A stretch of DNA of 64,000 nucleotides from Pseudomonadota bacterium. GTDB lineage: Bacteria; Pseudomonadota; Alphaproteobacteria; RF32; CAG-239. Both the position numbers and the translations under genes were made by a program. The notes beneath the pieces were generated by a model. That model had not been told where the DNA came from. It saw nothing but the letters and a program-made list of their open reading frames with translations, and searched no databases. Below, in pieces: positions 60,617 through 64,000 of the stretch. Numbering within the stretch: position 1 is the stretch's first letter; each line of letters opens with the position of its first letter. The stretch spans positions 1 through 64,000 of the forward strand of contig CAKJXZ020000020.1 of assembly GCA_918234285.1 (NCBI GenBank). The letters are read 5' to 3'.

Positions 60617-61476
60617 CAGATTCGGGCAATCCAATCGAAAATTTTTTGTTCATAATCGGCTTCAACATCCTTGCGGTGTTTCAGCACATTGAAAAATAAT
60701 TTTCCATATTGCCTCGGTGCCATAAACGGACTGCGGGCAACGCGCAACGGATACTTCTCGGACAGACGCATACCGGCCTGTATAACACGCTTGGGAATCA
60801 TCCTGTCAAAGTCCGCAATACAACGACCGGCGTAACGTTCGGTACCGACTCGGTCATATAGAGCGGCAGCTTCCGATAGCAGCGGTAATCCGTCGGCAAG
60901 AGCCATACCGTTGTAGAGCTGACACACTTCCTTTATATCCTCGCCCGGAACGTAATAATATGCGTTCAGGCTTCCGATTTCCGGAAACTGCTGCGGTAAA
61001 AATTCCACAGTGCGCTCCAAAAGTTTGCTTAACCGTTGAGTAACGCAGAAAATGAGCGGACAATCTGATGAGAACCTCCAAGTCAGATAGTCGGCGATTT
61101 CCTTGAGGTTATCGTTGATGTTGTTGCTTTTATCCAACACCGTAGCCTGAAAATTGCCCAGTCGCAAAGCCGTCATACGCAACTTTGCTCCCTCGCTGAC
61201 CATAGTACCGTCATCCAGCCGGTTAAGGTGCTTGGAAAGCGGTCCGTAACCTCCTACACAAAGTACATTCGGATATTTTCCGAATTGCCGTTTAGCCTGT
61301 TTGGCAATGGCAGCGGCATAATAAGCCGACACCGGATCATCACCGATTGCCACCACAAAACGCGGCTCAATCAACAATCTGCCTGATCTGTCCAAACAGT
61401 CAGTCTCCTGGCGGAAAAACTCAAAAACGGTTTGAGCATCCTGCCAATCCTGATTTCTGAAATCTATTTTTTTCAT
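60616..61476 (-). CDS. Divergent YdcF/DUF218-like protein
   Basis: VGGYG...SEG......A..LG....LDKS.N..DN pattern; IP..V..A...L; no SD. Confidence 0.65.
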   Translation of the reverse strand: MKKIDFRNQDWQDAQTVFEFFRQETDCLDRSGRLLIEPRFVVAIGDDPVSAYYAAAIAKQAKRQFGKYPNVLCVGGYGPLSKHLNRLDDGTMVSEGAKLRMTALRLGNFQATVLDKSNNINDNLKEIADYLTWRFSSDCPLIFCVTQRLSKLLERTVEFLPQQFPEIGSLNAYYYVPGEDIKEVCQLYNGMALADGLPLLSEAAALYDRVGTERYAGRCIADFDRMIPKRVIQAGMRLSEKYPLRVARSPFMAPRQYGKLFFNVLKHRKDVEADYEQKIFDWIARI

Positions 61477-61562
61477 ATCTAAAAAATTTGAATAATAATA
61501 CTTTTGAAACTCTGCATCTTTACCGCCCTAAGGCTTAAATGTTCGCAAATCTTGCCCGGATA

Positions 61563-62912
61563 TTATTGATACTCCGTCCGAGAATGACGTGCGGCGGTAT
61601 TTTGATATTGTTTTTTACCCTTTGTTGCCTTTTTATCGGCCGCGGCATTATTTTGCCCCTGCACGTGTCCTCTGGTTTGTTCCATTTTCTGCTTATTGAC
61701 TTCCGCGGCTTCTTTGGCGGCCATATAATCGTAATAATCCGGCGCCAGATGGAAATACACATCATATTTAGGCATAACCATAACCTCGGAAACGCGATGT
61801 CTGATATCATGGCGACGACCGTGCGCTTTGCCCGGGAAAGTAAATTCCCTCGCCGATTTTATGAAATCATCGTGTTGCGATTTTAAAACCTCTTCCACCG
61901 TCAGATTCGGATTACCGTTGACCATCTGCTCGGCTACTTTATGCCAATCTGCCAGGCGCTGTTGCGTATTCTCAATGATTTCCTCGCGGTTTTGCGCAAT
62001 AATCTCGCTGATTTCTATCTGATGCCGCGGTGCTACTTTAGTCAGCAGTTGTTTATTTTCCGGTGTCAGATAATCATAAACATTCAAATCAAAAACTCTG
62101 CCGGCGGAATCGCACACCTGAATGGTAAAGGCCGCTTCAATAGCGCGGCGATAGTTTTCTTCTTTGATTTTTGCCGGAATACCGGAAGTATCCGACATTG
62201 AATGAACCGTCTGCATAAGTTGTTTGGTATAACTGTCCGATGTTGTCATCATGGAATATGTGTGGGCAAAAACATTGTTTACCATCAAGGTTAACAGTCT
62301 TTCTCTGTCCTTTTGTTTGTCGGAAGTATATCTGTACAGCCAACCTTTTTGCAACAGATTACCAAAGTCAAAATTGGCATCGTGCAACAAACCGACAATA
62401 CTGTCCGCCTCCGCACTTTTATTCATTTCGTACATGGTTTGATATAAATAAGCGTTGAATTCAACGGCAATACCCAAACTGTATCCGTGTTTCGGAGAAA
62501 CCTTACCGAACGGCATTCCGTACAGATTGGAATATCTGCTGTGTGTACCTTCGTGCACATCCACCGATACCGGTGTACCGCTGTGCGGTTGATTTTCAAC
62601 TCCGGCAAAATGATATTTTATGGTGATATTGTCATCAAAGTCATAATAAGCCACGTTGCCGGTATAAGTTCCTTTCTTTACCTTGTCAATGATGGCAGAA
62701 TTGTAAACCGTATCAACCTGATAGTATAATTTGGTGTCGACATACTGGTAATTGATATATTCCTGCGGTACCGAGACTACGTTTTCGGCCGGAGCCGGAG
62801 AATTGTCCGCCGTGACGTTCTGCGCCTTACTTTCTCCCGAAAGCCAAAAACCTCCGGCAGTAATGGCGGCAATTTTAAAATAACGATTTAATTTATCAAA
62901 CCAGTTTGTCAT
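61563..62912 (-). CDS. Hypothetical exported/anchored protein with HEXXH motif
   Basis: SD aagga before MTNWF; hydrophobic N-terminus ending SKA-Q; VHEGTH...E.NAY. Confidence 0.75.
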   Translation of the reverse strand: MTNWFDKLNRYFKIAAITAGGFWLSGESKAQNVTADNSPAPAENVVSVPQEYINYQYVDTKLYYQVDTVYNSAIIDKVKKGTYTGNVAYYDFDDNITIKYHFAGVENQPHSGTPVSVDVHEGTHSRYSNLYGMPFGKVSPKHGYSLGIAVEFNAYLYQTMYEMNKSAEADSIVGLLHDANFDFGNLLQKGWLYRYTSDKQKDRERLLTLMVNNVFAHTYSMMTTSDSYTKQLMQTVHSMSDTSGIPAKIKEENYRRAIEAAFTIQVCDSAGRVFDLNVYDYLTPENKQLLTKVAPRHQIEISEIIAQNREEIIENTQQRLADWHKVAEQMVNGNPNLTVEEVLKSQHDDFIKSAREFTFPGKAHGRRHDIRHRVSEVMVMPKYDVYFHLAPDYYDYMAAKEAAEVNKQKMEQTRGHVQGQNNAAADKKATKGKKQYQNTAARHSRTEYQ

Positions 62913-63021
62913 TTTAATCCTTTTCGGTTGCAGTATATTCCCTTTTTGTCCACAAGTCAAGTCCTTTGCAAAACAGATGCGAAAAAAAATCGCCGACTTA
63001 CACCGGCAATTTTTCTTTATT

Positions 63022-63291
63022 TTACTGTATATTTTGATAATTGGAGTTAAAAATCTCAATGTACGACGGCGGATTTTCCGCAACGGTTCTGCCGTCAGGC
63101 GGTGTTTCTCCGGCCGCTTTGAATACGGCATCGGCAAATTCTTTCTTGGCTAAATAAATCAAAAACAGCGGTCGCTCCAGCTTGAGCTTACCCATAACTT
63201 CTTCCAAAGCCTCAAAACTTTCATAAATCGTACCGGCAAACATCAAACTGTCTTCCAGTCTGACATATTCATTATCTTGTATTTTTCGCAT
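63022..63291 (-). CDS. Small hypothetical protein
   Basis: SD gaggg before ATG 63291. Confidence 0.65.
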   Translation of the reverse strand: MRKIQDNEYVRLEDSLMFAGTIYESFEALEEVMGKLKLERPLFLIYLAKKEFADAVFKAAGETPPDGRTVAENPPSYIEIFNSNYQNIQ

Positions 63292-63396
63292 TTTTCCCTC
63301 GCCTACAATAATTAAACAAGATAAAAAATAACCGTCGCCGTGCTGATTATAAATATGGCTCATCGGCTATATTGAAAGCCGAATCTGCGGTAATTC

Positions 63397-63585
63397 TCAC
63401 ATTAAATCATATTTTTTTTGCCGTTTTTTTTGCAACCTGATACCGTTTTGCGGAAAAAAATATATATGGCGATTCCAGCCCTCAACCACTTCACTGATGA
63501 TGCGATCGTCCACCACGAACTCCGCCGGTGCATGTTTTTGCGTCATATCATAAAGCAATATGTTGGCGATACTTTGTTTTGGCAT
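63397..63585 (-). CDS. Small hypothetical protein (possibly a remnant)
   Basis: SD gggag before MPKQ; 3' part rich in homopolymer tracts. Confidence 0.45.
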   Translation of the reverse strand: MPKQSIANILLYDMTQKHAPAEFVVDDRIISEVVEGWNRHIYFFPQNGIRLQKKRQKKYDLM

Positions 63586-63690
63586 TCTGTTATCTCCCAT
63601 TCGAGCAAAAAATATTCCCCTTTTAGCGCAATAAAAGAGGAATATATACTAAAGTCTATATTAATAAGTCAAAAAAAACGTTGACGCGAT

Positions 63691-64000
63691 TTAAAAGAAC
63701 CATCCCGATTTAGTATATTTTTTAATCAGGCTTTCCATTTCCGGCGTTTTGGCATATTCGATAACTTTTTTGCCTTCATTATCTTTCAGACGTCCGTCAG
63801 CACCGTTTTGCAGCAACATTTCCACCACATCCGGGTCTTCGTTCAGGGCAACGGCATACATCAGCGCACTGCGGCCCTTGTTATCAACCGCATTGATATC
63901 GGCACCGTAACGCAACAGCATTTTAATTACTTTCGGCGACACGTCAACCCGGCATACATTCATCAAAAGTGTGCGTCCCTTGGTGTCGCGGGCGTTGATA
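63691..64000 (-). CDS. Ankyrin-repeat protein, 5' end outside the window
   Basis: INARDTKGRTLLM, GADINAVDNKGRSALMYA, GAD..LKDNEGK. Confidence 0.9.
   Translation of the reverse strand, partial: INARDTKGRTLLMNVCRVDVSPKVIKMLLRYGADINAVDNKGRSALMYAVALNEDPDVVEMLLQNGADGRLKDNEGKKVIEYAKTPEMESLIKKYTKSGWFF

Noticed and set aside
63397-63470. Three 8-nt homopolymer tracts as a phase-variation switch
   Set aside because: The alternative frames also stop within a few codons, so no longer product would be restored.

Overview
About 64 kb of chromosome from what is most likely an uncultured host-associated (gut/rumen-type) alphaproteobacterium; the taxonomy is inferred from gene content and is not verified. 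The backbone is housekeeping: aspS, rnd, pheA, rplM-rpsI, lemA, moxR, uvrD, hemW, rsmD/rluB/tadA/rnhA, sdaA, gltX, ftsH-yebC-ruvC and mlaA/mlaC. The most notable signals are: (1) a previously unrecognised, highly structured ~230-nt ncRNA candidate at ~60285-60525 (minus strand) with its own promoter and terminator; (2) about nine self-contained single-gene 'cassettes' scattered between core genes, each with a sigma70-like promoter, a U-rich leader without Shine-Dalgarno, a very divergent domain and a strong terminator, one of them bracketed by a 25-bp duplication of the rpsI terminator; (3) a decayed integrative element in the 3' end of rpsI that keeps its att cores, arm-type repeats, half an integrase and an intact-looking CE-clan (Ulp1/deubiquitinase-like) protease; (4) a Schlafen/AlbA_2 + Ig-like gene, a one-domain DEAD-box pseudo-helicase, a pair of divergent acyl-carrier-like proteins, and many LRR/ankyrin/TPR/EF-hand or orphan effector-like proteins. 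I saw no rRNA, tRNA or CRISPR array. All calls come from motifs read by eye; no searches were run.
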